A stretch of 64,000 bases of DNA from Octopus sinensis (GCF_006345805.1 NC_043010.1:60140001-60204000); one strand, 5' to 3'. Shown: positions 27,190-39,110, numbered from the stretch's first letter. Numbers and translations: made by a program. The notes: generated by a model from the sequence alone, not told the origin.

Positions 27190-28000
27190 AAATCTAGGCT
27201 CCTACATAAATGGCACCAAGCAAGCATTGTAAACTATACATAGCGGAATGGGTGAAGATTCGAAAGGACTCCCTCAACCCGGGGAACATCCCTAACTCCA
27301 GAACTCCAGGATATAAAGCATAAAGGTGCAAAAAGTTGCGTATAGTAAAGGATGCAATTTCAGTATTGGCATCATTGGTGAGGGATGAGTGTAAAAGCCA
27401 TGAGGAGTTATTTGCTGAAGGATGAGGTCTATGGAAAAGGGAGAAGTGAGACAGATGATCTCTGGTTTGCAGGTGGTTTAAGGAATGTGCACAGTGATAG
27501 AAGGAGCAAATGTATTTAGGTGAAGGAGACAGGGAGACATTGAGCCAGAGCAGCCAGAAGTTATTGCTGAAAGAGTGATAAGGGTGTGTAGAGAGGTCCA
27601 TGCCGTCCAAAATTACAAAGGTAAGTATAGATGAAAAGTTGGGATGGACATGAAAGAGAGAATACAGGTGAAGTTGGAGGATGTCCAGAGGATGAAAGAG
27701 AAATATGGAAGTCATGGAGGAAAGTTAAGGAGCTGAGGTGTTTCAGGGGCATATAAGCTATTAGGGGAAGACAGTAGGAGAAAAGAGGCAGAGAAGGAGT
27801 GATACATGCTGTGGGAAAACAAGTAAGCATCACAAGTGGTGAGACAAGAGGTATGAATGATGACAGAAATGAGTAGGGAGTTAGAGTGATGTTGATGGAC
27901 AGACAAGAGATATAAATAGTTCAGTGACAATCGAAGAATGTGTGGATATTGACGGAGGAGCAAAGGTGAGTACAAATAGAGTTATGAAGATGGACCAATA
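27190..28000. repeat. Purine-rich (+ strand) interspersed repeat, probably retroelement-derived
   Basis: Strong GA strand bias, preceded by a microsatellite and SINE tail. Similarly biased blocks occur at about 20560-20945, 24850-25170, 42180-42700, 55430-55980 and 61620-61930. No catalytic motif recognised. Confidence 0.4.
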
Positions 28001-28299
28001 CATTTACTCATACAATGATGGATGGGGAAAGTAAAGTGAAAAATATGAGAAAATACCTGTCATAATTTGTGAGCTTTACAACAGGTAGGAAAAGAAAAGC
28101 TGGAGGGGTATGAGTGATAAAAGGACATGATAACTTAATTGAATGGGGAAATGAGTGACAAAAAGATGATCAATATAGGCTTGGGTGTTCAGATTAAATT
28201 TGATAGTTTGCATAAAAGGAAAACAAAACATGATCCCATCCAAAAATAAAAAGAATTTTTTTAAATTACAAACTATCAACTAGATTATAGCTGAGAGAT

Positions 28300-29420
28300 A
28301 ACAGTTTACTGAAAGTAGCTTCCCTCAGTTTCCCCCATGACCTTAAAACAACTTCAAAACCTGGCACATACATTCCTCACTGTATCCCTGGGAAGATCTT
28401 CAAACACCTCCTTGATCTTGGCTACCGGCTCGACCTTGGTATTGCAAACTGAATGGGGGTGTTTTTGTCAGTCGTGCCCACATATAGTAATCAATAAGAT
28501 TAGAATTGGATAAATTAAGAGACCAGAAACTGAAGCAGGTGAAATTGTAGAAATTCTCTTGACAGCTACTTCTGACTCTTTCTGAAAGTATGGCAAAGAG
28601 CCAACTCCTACTGCTACACATATGACCTTTCAGCAGCAGACCCCTCCAGCCAGAGATTGACCAGTTGCCAGTAACAACCCTCTCTAGCCTGGGATTGACC
28701 AATCTCCAGTAGCTTCACATAACCACCTGAATTGAGTCTAAGACCTTGTTCAAAGATGTGGAATGATGGCACCCTCCTTGGGGACATACCCAAAGTCCAT
28801 CACAGCTTGGAGGAACTTAGTTTTCATATGTGGAACATTATATGGACTATAGACAGGCCACCTGTTGTTCTGGGTGTTGTACAACTGGTTCTAGCAGAAG
28901 TTCTTTTCATTTGAAAAGAACCAGATCATCTGCAACTCAACAGGATGCCTCATCTTGTTCAAGAGTTTCTTTGCTTTTGTCAAGGGGTCCTCCTTGACTT
29001 TGACTGTTAGAATTTGTCCCTTACATCTCTTGTACAAGTGATTGCAAAGATTTTCATTCAAGACCAGCTTCATGGTGGTAATTCCAACACCCATCCCACT
29101 TGCCAAAACCCAGATTTCCTTGCTCAAATCTTCCATCACCTTTTCTTGCTGTTGTTGGAAGAATTCCACCATGTGTACACAATCAGAGTGCCTATTGTGT
29201 CCTTACTGCTGGCAACAGCTTCGTAGTCTTTGTTGAGCTGTCTATGTCACGTCTTCCATCTTTAAAAAGTTCACAGAACATTGAGCAGCAGTCATGATGC
29301 TGGCATTTCGACACCTGAATTGAACCATCATGACACAAGCAACTCTTTCCCAATATTCAAATGGCTTCCAACGTTCCATGTCAGCAAACTTTTTCTCAAC
29401 TACAACTTCAATCTTTATGC
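28300..29420 (-). mobile_element. maT-type (DD37D) Tc1/mariner transposase remnant
   Basis: KAKKLLNKMRHPVELQMIWFFSNEKNF, WLEGSAAERSYV*Q*ELALCHTFRKSQK and ENFYNF..NLIDYYMW. Reconstructing QQD...PLDYY gives 37 residues between the last two Asp positions. Confidence 0.8.
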
Positions 29421-29976
29421 TCTCTAATGCTTTTCACTGTTCATCAATACATCAAACTGCTCCTGAAAACAGGAGACATAGAAATCATCAGATTTAACCC
29501 AATCCCTGTGTGTGTGTGTGTGTGTGTGTGCATGTGTATACACATGCATATATGCACACACATATAGATACCCATACAAACATGTGCACAAACACATATA
29601 CAAGCACACACACACAAACGTTCATACATACTTCTCATCTACATGTGTTTATATTCACTGATTATAAACAATGGTTTCGTTAATATTGTCAGTTGCTTCT
29701 TGTCCGCCATAAGATAACCTTTGAGCTTCTAACATATTGTGCAACCATTGTAGACAGAAGGCACATTTCTATGTTGTCTTTCATTTCCATTTCACCACAT
29801 AGCATGTCTGGGCTGTTTGTTGGTCAATAGATTACTGTCTCATTCAATGAAAACACGTGTGGTATTTAGTGGGAGGCTTAGCAAAAAGAAGGGCATCTAG
29901 CAGTAGGAAACTGCTCTGACCTACTCTTATCTGCTATCATGGAAAAGTAAACATTAAAACATTGATCATAAAGATG

Positions 29977-30007
<31 letters not shown>

Positions 30008-30009
30008 CG

Positions 30010-30270
30010 AATGTGACTAATGCCAGCACTGCCTTGACTGGCATCTGTGCCGGTGGCATATAAAAAGCACCAACTGATCATGGCCGTTGCCAGCCCCTGT
30101 GCTGGTGGCATGTAAAAAGCACCCACTACACTCTTGGAGTGGTTGGTGTTAGGAAGGGCATCCAGCTGTAGAAACACTGCCAGATCAGGGTCTGACTTCC
30201 CAGACCCTGGTCGAACCGTCCAACCCATGTTAACATGGAAAGTGGACATTAAATGATGATGATGATGATA
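30010..30270 (+). mobile_element. RTE-tailed SINE
   Basis: tggcatgtaaaaagcacccactacactc..aggaagggcatccagctgtagaaac..ccaacccatg..(GAT)n. Confidence 0.85.
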
Positions 30271-30279
30271 TATATATCA

Positions 30280-30475
30280 CCATCATCATTGTTTAACATT
30301 TGTTTTCCATGCTGGTATGGGTTGGGTGGTTCGACAGAGGCTGGCCAGCTGGGAAGCTGTCCAGACACTGTCTGTTTTGGCATGGTGTCTACAGCTGGAT
30401 GCCCATCCTAATGCCAACCACTTTGTAGAGTGTGCTAGGACAGCATGTGCTGGGACTGTGTGTGCTGAGTGCTTT
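30280..30475 (-). mobile_element. RTE-tailed SINE, tail-to-tail with the preceding copy
   Basis: (CAT)n..gtttaac..ttttccatgctggtatgggttgg..ctacagctggatgccc. Confidence 0.8.
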
Positions 30476-30751
30476 TTAGGTGCCACAAGGACTAGATTTT
30501 CTTTTTTGTATTTACATTTTATCTTTTTTTCTTTTTTATATTTTCTTTTTTCTTCTCTTTGTTCTTCATACACATGCACACACACACACACATATATATA
30601 TACACACACACATACATCCACATAAATGCATCTGCACAGAATCTATTTCTACAAGGTATATGAGATTGAATGAACACAAAATTAAATAACTAAAATATTC
30701 TCAAAGACATGAAGCATAAATATTAATTAAATATCATTTACTTTGTTAAAG

Positions 30752-30846
30752 CTGGGGTCGAAGTTAAAAACTGTGTCCTGCATAAAGAGCTCTGTGGCTC
30801 TTCACTATATCTCGCCAGCATAATGCAACATTTTGTAGTATATAAT
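30752..30846 (+). CDS. Putative 95-nt exon (A)GVEVKNCVLHKELCGSSLYLASIMQHFVVYN
   Basis: Acceptor tcatttactttgttaaag|, donor AAT|GTAAGA. Only phase 1 is open; ends phase 0; contains CpGs. Confidence 0.45.
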
Positions 30847-31637
30847 GTAAGAGGTGACTAATATATTGATGAAAATAAAAAAGATTTTGTCCAATGGCTT
30901 TTTCTGCAATTAGTTTAATAATTGACTCTGACTAAGCAACTTTTCTTTTATTAATCTTATAAGTTGGAACTTCTTAAGTTGGAATTTCTTATAAAAGTTT
31001 CTTTTATTTTAATATTTAAAAAGTAAAAACTAGTAAGAACATAAGAGACAAATCAAAAAAACTACTGCATCAGTAAAAGGTTCCTTTACAACTAGTGAGA
31101 CCCGTGGAAATTCCACAGAACGAAAAGGATTAAGACAAGCTATTTAAGAAAGAAAGGATGATTTGCATTTTTATTTTTATTTTGCTAAGTTATTTCACTT
31201 CTCGTCACAATAATATATTATAATATGACTCTTAAAATTTCCCTCAGCTAAGCACTTTATATTTCTCTCTTTCTCTTCAACAAACTCTTTAACCATGGAA
31301 TTTGCCTCTTCATGTCTTTAACATGTCTCTCTTTCCCCTCCCATCTTTCCCTCTCCACTAACCACATGAGTGCCAGCACAATGCATCCCCTGGTTTTCTA
31401 CTCCCTCACACTCTCACATCCCTTCTTCCTCTCTTTCATGCCACCTCCCCCTCCTCCCTAACAAACTAAAGCATAAAGTGTGAGATTTCATTCAATAGAA
31501 AAAATTAATTATTTTCACCATCAACACACCAAAACCACTACCATCATCATCATCATCATTATAGTTTTCAGTAACAAAGCTCATTTCATTTCATTTCATT
31601 TCAGTTCAGCTGTATATTTAATTTTTCTTGCTGTCAA

Positions 31638-32568
31638 GTTAGTTAGTTAGTTAGTTAATTTGGCTCAAAAGCAAATAGCAAGGCCATGTAGGGGGACATG
31701 GAGTTAAGTACAGGGTGGTGTTCATGTAAAGAGTTCAGGCCACTTGAGGTCAAGGGAGACTTTGAACAAAGCGGTCGTTGGCATCTTCACCATCTCGTCT
31801 GGCAGCTTGTTCCATGGATCCGCAACCCGGACGGAGAAAGCTCCTCTCCTTCGATTGAGATGAAATCATCGCAGGTAGAGCTTTTCGGAATGACCCTGCA
31901 GCCGACGCTCTGGAGCAGGAGTGAAGAACAGCTCTTTCAAGAGGTTACACTTTCCGCTTATGATGTTGTGAGCGAGAATGAGATCACCACGGCGGCGGCG
32001 TTTTTCTAGAGAATAAAGGTCGAGCGTCCTCAGCCTTTCTTCATAAGACAAATTTTTGAGACCATTAACCATGCGGGTAGCCAGCTTCTGGACTCTTTCG
32101 AGATGCTGTATGTCTTTGAGGAGATAAGGAGAAGAGGCTTGAATCCCGTACTCCAATAAGGGTCTCACCAGCGTGACATAGAGTGGTAGGAATATGGCTG
32201 CTGTGAGCATTCCGAATGACCGTCGAATCAAGAACAGAATTCCGCGTGCTTTGTTGGCAGCATGGACGCACTGGGCCGAAGGCAAAAAGGAGGAATCCAC
32301 CAAGATACCCAGGTCCTTTACCTGATCGGTCCTCTCCAGCAGCAAACGACCCGGCTCGAAATCAAGTTGAGTTTCAGGAGGAGAGCCAACAGGCAGATGA
32401 CAGCACTTTGACATGTTCAGACACAGGTCCCATTCGTTAGACCACCTCCAAATTTGGTGGAGGCATCGACGAAGATCCTCTATATCACCGCGAGGAGCGA
32501 CCAGTTTGACATCGTCGGCAAATAGAAGGGTGTGTTGCGTGAGGTCGTCGGGCAAGTCATTTATGAAT
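31638..32568 (-). mobile_element. 5'-truncated CR1-clade LINE, well preserved
   Basis: 229-aa open RT/thumb ORF (LLFADDVKL, KDLGILVD, LYVTLVRPLLEYG, LERVQKLATRMV, LSYEERLRTLDLYSLEKRRRRGDLI) and an (AACT)n 3' tail at 31638-31657. Confidence 0.93.
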
Positions 32569-32972
32569 GTATCTCTACTCTGACAATAAAAACACTATCT
32601 GCTTCTCTCTCTCTCTCAATGTAGCTGCCTCCCTTGTCCATCTCTCTCTATCTGCCTTTCTTTAATCTCACCACCAGAACATCACCATCTGAAACATACA
32701 TCTTTCTCTTTACCTTTCCCTCCCCACCTTACTGCATGTCATTAACACTTCTCTCTCTCTCTCTTTTCTATCACCATCTTTTTCTCTTGCTCTTCTCCAC
32801 ACCCTTTAACTAGCCACATGACACATTTGGCCTTATACATCTTTCTCTACTTCTTCCTCACTTCTTTCTTTTCTACACATACTCCTCCCCTCTCTCTCTC
32901 TTTCACTCCACCTCCACAACTAACTAAAGTATAAAGGGTGAATGAACAAGCAGATTATTATATAGATTGTTA

Positions 32973-33023
<51 letters not shown>

Positions 33024-33049
33024 TCTTATTCCTTTTTGGCTGCTTGTCC

Positions 33050-33304
33050 TAAATCGGCTTGCATGTGAGCTAAAAGGCCTACTCCTTAATCTGCAGCAAC
33101 AATGACCTGCTGCAGGTAAAGCTACTTGATGCAACAGAGAAGTGAGGCCCCTAATGTGCTCTTTTGTAGTCTCTCCATTGTGTCTCCTCAATGGCTGGAA
33201 TTATGAGCTTCAGTGATTGGTGCTGGGCCTTCACCTCCTAGATGTCAGAAGAGGTGCTGGAGTTCTTCATATGTCTCTTATGCATATCCTTGTATCGCAA
33301 CCTT
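33050..33304 (-). mobile_element. 3' fragment of a BovB-like RTE (same family as 44.9-46.1 kb)
   Basis: Shares gtgtctcctca.tggctggaattatgagcttcagtga and ttcatatgtctctt with 45100-45220. Confidence 0.7.
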
Positions 33305-33348
33305 TGTAAATCTCCATACCTGTCTCAATCAATATACATGCATATATA

Positions 33349-33387
<39 letters not shown>

Positions 33388-33687
33388 AGAAAATAGTAAA
33401 AAGTGAAAAAACTACAGAAAGCTTGTTTTAAAAGGTTAAAAAATATATATTTGAGTCATTATGTCAGAAGAATGTTATAAATTTTTTTCATACAAAAACT
33501 ATGACATTGTATGAAAAAAATTTATAACATTCTTCTGACATAATGACTCAAATATATATTTTTTAACCTTTTAAAACAAGCTTTCTGTAGTTTTTTCACT
33601 TTTTACTATTTTCTATACATATATATATATATATACACACACATATATATGCATGTATATTGATTGAGACAGGTATGGAGATTTACA
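33305..33687. repeat. Near-perfect long palindrome (fold-back)
   Basis: 33305-33495 is the reverse complement of 33507-33687, identical by eye except for (TA)n length; 11-nt spacer aaactatgaca. Confidence 0.95.
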
Positions 33688-33818
33688 TTCAGGACTTTAA
33701 GTTTCTGTATCAACAATTCACTGGTCATTGCAGACACTCAGCTGTGCAGCAATCATCGAGTTGTTGGCATAGAAACTTAAAGTCCTGAATGAAACTCTCC
33801 ATAACTGTATCAATCAAT
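33658..33818. repeat. Imperfect palindromic short element centred near cagctg
   Basis: tattgattgagacaggtatggagatttacattcaggactttaagtttctgtatcaacaa versus ttgttggcatagaaacttaaagtcctgaatgaaactctccataactgtatcaatcaata. Confidence 0.8.
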
Positions 33819-33919
33819 AAATGTAATCCTCATTTCCTAATGATATTGAAACGGACTCCTTCTATCATTACAGGTAGTGTAAACATATATATATAAACAC
33901 ACACACACACATATATATA

Positions 33920-36380
33920 TGTCGTTGAAATTTATGGAAAAACAAAAGACGAAGACAGGTGTATGAACAATAAGCAAGTGTATTAGTTTAATGCTTGGGA
34001 AAATGAGAAAGTCTTTTACATTTCATGCCTACGCTCTTCAACAGAAAGGAATAAGAGAAAGTAAACAGAGAGAATGAAAAAAAGTTGTAGATTTCAGCAG
34101 TCTAACATGGCGAGTGATTGGTGGGGGAAAAAAAATGGTTGAAAGAAGGGAGATAATAATAATAAAAAAAGAGGTTGAATGAAAGGGAGATAATAAAGTG
34201 CTAGTGATCCCAACAAGAGAAGGTGTGCATGCAAGTGTGTGTATGTGAGAATGGTGTGTGTGAATTGGGGTGAGAGACTATGACATGCCTGTGTGTGTGT
34301 GTGTGTGTGTGTGAAGCAGTTGATGCATGTTTTTTCACATGGTGTGTGTGTGTGTCTGTGACCAAACTGTGCATGTGTATGGTGTATATACAAGTGGGTG
34401 AAAGTTATTTTTGTCTATGCATGTTGCGTGTGAGTGTTGTGTATAGCCTGTGTTCAAGTCTTATGTGCTTATGGGGTGTGGAAGTATATATTGTTTGTGT
34501 CCAGGTATTATGTGTTTGTGTGGGTGTGGAATTGTACATGATGGTGTGTGTACTGAGTTGAACAGTGTGGCTGCTCATATGTATGTGTGGTGACGCTATT
34601 GAAGATTGTGTGAGAGTGTTTGGATGATGGTGTGTGGTGTGGGTGCTGGGAAGTGATCAGTGCTAGTGTGTGTGGAGTGGTGTGGGGTTGGTATCAAATG
34701 AAAAGAGGAGGTGAGTTGAGCCCATGTGACACAAAGGAGTGAAGAGAGAAGATTAATTCCTGTTCACAGCAAAGGCGTGAGTCCAGATGGCCCCTGTACA
34801 AAAACAGTCAAAACACAGACATATGTTGTAGCAAATGACTGGTAGAGCAGAAATGGCATGGGACTGGGGTGTCATTGCTGAGTCTGATGTATTAGAGGTG
34901 CTCCACAAACTGGTCAGCCAAGCAGCATCCCATTGACTGATGTCCAGGAAATGACAGAGAGAGCAGGAGACCCAGTATATGACATTACTAGAAGTGCAGG
35001 TAAAGGAGTTGGTGATGTGATAGGGATGATGATGGGTTCCTGTGAGGATGGTGGTGTTGGAGAGGCAACAGCATGGGTAAGAGCAGAGGAACAAACTAGA
35101 CTGTGAGGTGGAGTTAAGGAAGAAACTGTGGACCAGGAGGTCACGCAGGTTAAGGACTCATTTGAAGGAGGGAAGGGGTAAGTTGGGGAAGATGCAAGAG
35201 GTGAAGGGGTTGGACTGGAGTTGCCAGAAGGCTCAGGGAATGATGCATTGGCGGGGCAGGGTGGAGGAGTGGTAGCTGAGGAAAAATGGGAGACAGGCAA
35301 CAGTGGGACAGGTGCAAGGAGAAAGAGCAGAGGCACAGTTTACAGATTGTGCCCTGGCAAGGGTAGTATGGATAGTGGTGAGGAGTTATCCACATAGGAT
35401 GAAGTGGCAAGACATGAGTTGAAGCTGAGTCCCAAAGTCATGGTTGTCACTGCAGAGCTTGCGCAGATGGAAGAATTGGGAATAGGAGATGGAGAGCTTG
35501 ATGTGGGGAGGGTGGGAGGACGAGAAGTTAAGGTAAGAGTGTGAGTCAGTGTGTTTGTGGTGGATGGAGGTAGTGAAAGTGGAGTGGTGTATTCTGACAG
35601 AAATGTCAAGAAATTTGACAGAAGTGCAGGAGAGTTTGAGGGTAGGATGGAAGGATTGGACAAAAGAGAGGATGGAGTCTAGTTGTTCATAGGGGAGTGA
35701 GGTCGTGCCAATAGTCATCAATATAACAACCGTATAGTTCTGGAGTGGGACCAGTGAACTGAGAGAATATTTGGGCCTCAACATAGCCAATGAACAGGTT
35801 CACATAGGTAAGGCCCATTCTCGTTCCCATGGCCACTCCTGAGATCTGTTGGTAAAAATCCCCTGTGAACGAGAAGCAGTTGAGGAAGAGAACAAGTTTG
35901 GCCAGACAAAGTGTAGAGGTATCAGGTTGGGGGTCAGGTCGAAGGTCGAGAAAGTGTTTCAGCACAAGAAGTCCTTCATTGCGTGGCATTACTATATATA
36001 AACTCATGATATCAAGAGTGAACAGAAATTTAGAGGGGCCAAAAGGGAAGGAGAAAGAGTTAAAGAGATGGAGAGCATGGTTAGTGTCATATATGTGGGA
36101 GGGAAGGGAAGCCACTAGGGGTGCAAGAACATGGTTGAAGTATTTGGTGATCATTTCTGGAGGGGATAGGGTAGCCAGGGTTGTTTGGGCTTGTGAATAT
36201 TGAGAAGTAAACAGTGGGGGTGGATGGAGTGTGGACGACGAGGTTGGAGGAAATGAGGTCATGAATAGAGGAAGATAGAGTCTGTTGGCAGTTAGGTGTG
36301 GGGTTGGAGGAGAGACGGCAATAGGAAGAGGAGTTTTGAAGTTGGTGGAGAGCTTCAGACTTGTAAAGGTCTACATGTCA
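33920..36380 (-). mobile_element. Penelope-like element (RT + GIY-YIG + terminal repeat region), degenerate
   Basis: FLFTLDIMSLY, FYQQISGVAMGTRMG, YIDD, VKFLDISV, HKHTDSHSYLNFSSSHP and SFTCTSSNVIYWVSCSLC (GIY-YIG start). The 3' non-coding end is near 33950-34080. Confidence 0.9.
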
Positions 36381-36847
36381 CACACACACACACACACACA
36401 CATGCTCATCTGTAGTTTATGACAAAAATAAAAAAAGAGAAGAGAAATAAGGGGGGGTAAAAAAAGGAAGCAGCACATATAACATGTAGCTTAGAAGCAG
36501 TGCTATGGATGTACCAGCACACATGAGATTGAGACATGGCCGACCTCACACACTTCTCATGAGAATTTCGGAAGGAGCATCGTGAGACCACTGCTGAGAC
36601 GCTTCCAAAAAAATAGAAAAGAAAAGTTGTTAGAAAACCGATTATAGCAGCAACTCCATCTAAGAATATCTGAAGAAGGAATATAATTCCAAAATATCAT
36701 ATCAGACAATGGATGACTAAATTACAACAGGTATACACAGCCCATTGTCTGTATTATTAGTGCATTGCGGTACCAATTAAAAGTTTTTATTCTTTACAAA
36801 CAATACACAATGCCTCAAGCGAACTACAATACTCTCCTATACATATA

Positions 36848-37350
36848 CCTCATCCGACGACTGGCACTCATGCCAACCTCCATTCATTGGACACTAAACT
36901 CTGCTTGTGAAGACCTGTTGGAGCAAATCGGAATCGAAATTGAACCAATCCTATGACTGGCACCCGGCAGTTGCCAGTGTCGCTGGACTGACTCCTGTGC
37001 AGGTGGCAAATAAAGAAACACCGTTTTGACCCTGTGCTTGAGGAGACCTATTGAGTCAAGTACACCAACATCAAAAATCAATGGAAATTGTAGATGTGAT
37101 CCCTGTGCCAGTGGCACGTAAAAAGCACCATCCGAACGTGGCCGATGCCAGCACTGCCTTGACTGGCACCTGTGCCAATGGAATGTAAAAAGCACCCACT
37201 ATACTCACGGAGTGGTTGGCATTAGGAAGGGCATCCATCTGTAGAAACACTGCCAGATCAGACTGGAGCTGGTGCAGCCTCCTGGCTTCCCAGATCCCGG
37301 TCGAACCGTCCAACCCATGCTAGCATGGAGAATGGTCATTAAACGATGAT
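36848..37350 (+). mobile_element. RTE 3'UTR / RTE-tailed SINE copy
   Basis: Near-identical inverted counterpart of 37555-38125; ends in (GAT)n. Confidence 0.9.
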
Positions 37351-37364
37351 GATGATATATTATA

Positions 37365-37405
<41 letters not shown>

Positions 37406-37499
37406 GCATAGATATATATATTATGTGTATATAAGTATATATGTATATATATATATGCATAGATATATATATTATATGTGTGTGTGTGTGTGTGTGTAC

Positions 37500-37550
<51 letters not shown>

Positions 37551-37554
37551 ATAT

Positions 37555-39110
37555 ACCATCATCGTCGTTTAACGACCGTTCTCCATGCTAGCATGGGTTG
37601 GACGGTTCGACCGGGATCTGGGAAGCCAGGAGGCTGCACCAGGCTCCAGTCTGATCTGGCAGTGTTTCTACAGCTGGATGCCCTTCCTAACGCCGACCAC
37701 TCCGTGAGTATAGTGGGTGCTTTTTACATTCCATTGGCACAGGTGCCAGGCAAGGCTGACAACAGCTACGATCAGACTGGTGTTTTTTACGTGCCACCGG
37801 CACGGAAGCCAGTCAAGGCAGTGCTGGCATCGGCCACGTTCGGATGGTGCTTTTTACGTGCCACTGGCACAGGGATCACATCTACAATTTCCATTGATTT
37901 TTGATGTTGGTGTACTTGACTCAATAGGTCTCCTCAAGCACAGGGTCGAAACAGTGTTTCTTTACCTGCACCTGCACAGGAGTCAGTCCTGCGGCACTGG
38001 CAACTGCCGGGTGCCAGTCATAGGATTGGTTCAATTTCGATTCCGATTTGCCCCAACAGGTCTTCACAAGCAGAGTTTAGTGTCCAATGAAGGGAGGTTG
38101 GCATGGGTGCCAGTCGTCGGATGAGGTTCGATTTCAAATTCAACTTCAGCTTCACTTGCCTCAACAGGTCTTCAAGTGTCCAAGGAAGGAAAGGCATGCA
38201 TAAGTGGGTTGGCTACATCCCTGGCAAGGGACACGGGATGGACTCACTTGTCCTGCCGGGTCTTCTTACGCACAGCATATTTCCAAAGGTCTCAATCACT
38301 AGTCATTGCCTCGGTGAGGCCTAATGTTCGAAGGTTGTGCTTCACCACCTCGTCCCAGGTTTTCCTGGGTCTACCTCTTCCACGGGTTCCCTCAACCACT
38401 AGGGATTGGCACTTTTTCACACACCTATCTTCATCCATTCTCGCCACATGACCATACCAGCGCAAACGTCTCTCTTGCACACCACAACTGATGCTTCTTA
38501 GGTTCCAACTTTTCTCTCAAGGTACTTACACTCTGTCGAGTATGTACACTGACATTACAGTGTACATACTGCCTTCATTCCTTGTGAGCTTACACATGTC
38601 CTCAGCAGTCATGGCCCATGTTTTACTGCCATGTAGCATGGCTGTTCGTACACATGCGTCATACAGTCTGCCTTTTAATCTGAGCGAGAGGCCTTTAGTC
38701 ACCAGCAGAGGTAAGAGCTCCCTAAACTTTGCCCAGGCTATTCTTATTTAGCAGTTACACTTTCAGCGCACCCACCCCCACTACTGACTTGGTCCCCTAG
38801 GTAATGGAAGCTATCAACCACTTCTAGTTTCTCCCCTTGGAAAGTGACGGAAGTTGTTTTCTGCAGATTTTCAGTGTTTATTGTTCCTGAGCATCTGCCA
38901 CATACAAAAACTATCTTCCCAGTTAGCCTTCCTTTGACATTGCTGCACCTCTTATGTGTCCATAGCTTACACTGGGTACATCTTATAGAGTTTCTACCTA
39001 CGCCTTTTCTACAGATCGAGCAGGGCCATCTACCTGAAGGCGTTTGTGGTTTGTCTGCCTTCCTACTTATTAGGACTTTTGTTTTAGCTAGATTGACTCT
39101 AGATGAGACT
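37555..39110 (-). mobile_element. 5'-truncated RTE LINE with PHD finger and SINE-like 3'UTR
   Basis: VNLAKTKVL, SGRWPCSICRKGVGRNSIRCTQCKLWTHKRCS..FVCGRC, FHYLGDQV and QERRLRWYGHV..RGRGRPRKTW; (CAT)n tail at 37555-37570. Confidence 0.93.

Noticed and set aside
34914-36203. Pro/Ser-rich and antisense ORFs of 86-140 aa
   Set aside because: They are alternative-frame or antisense readings of the degenerate Penelope element.
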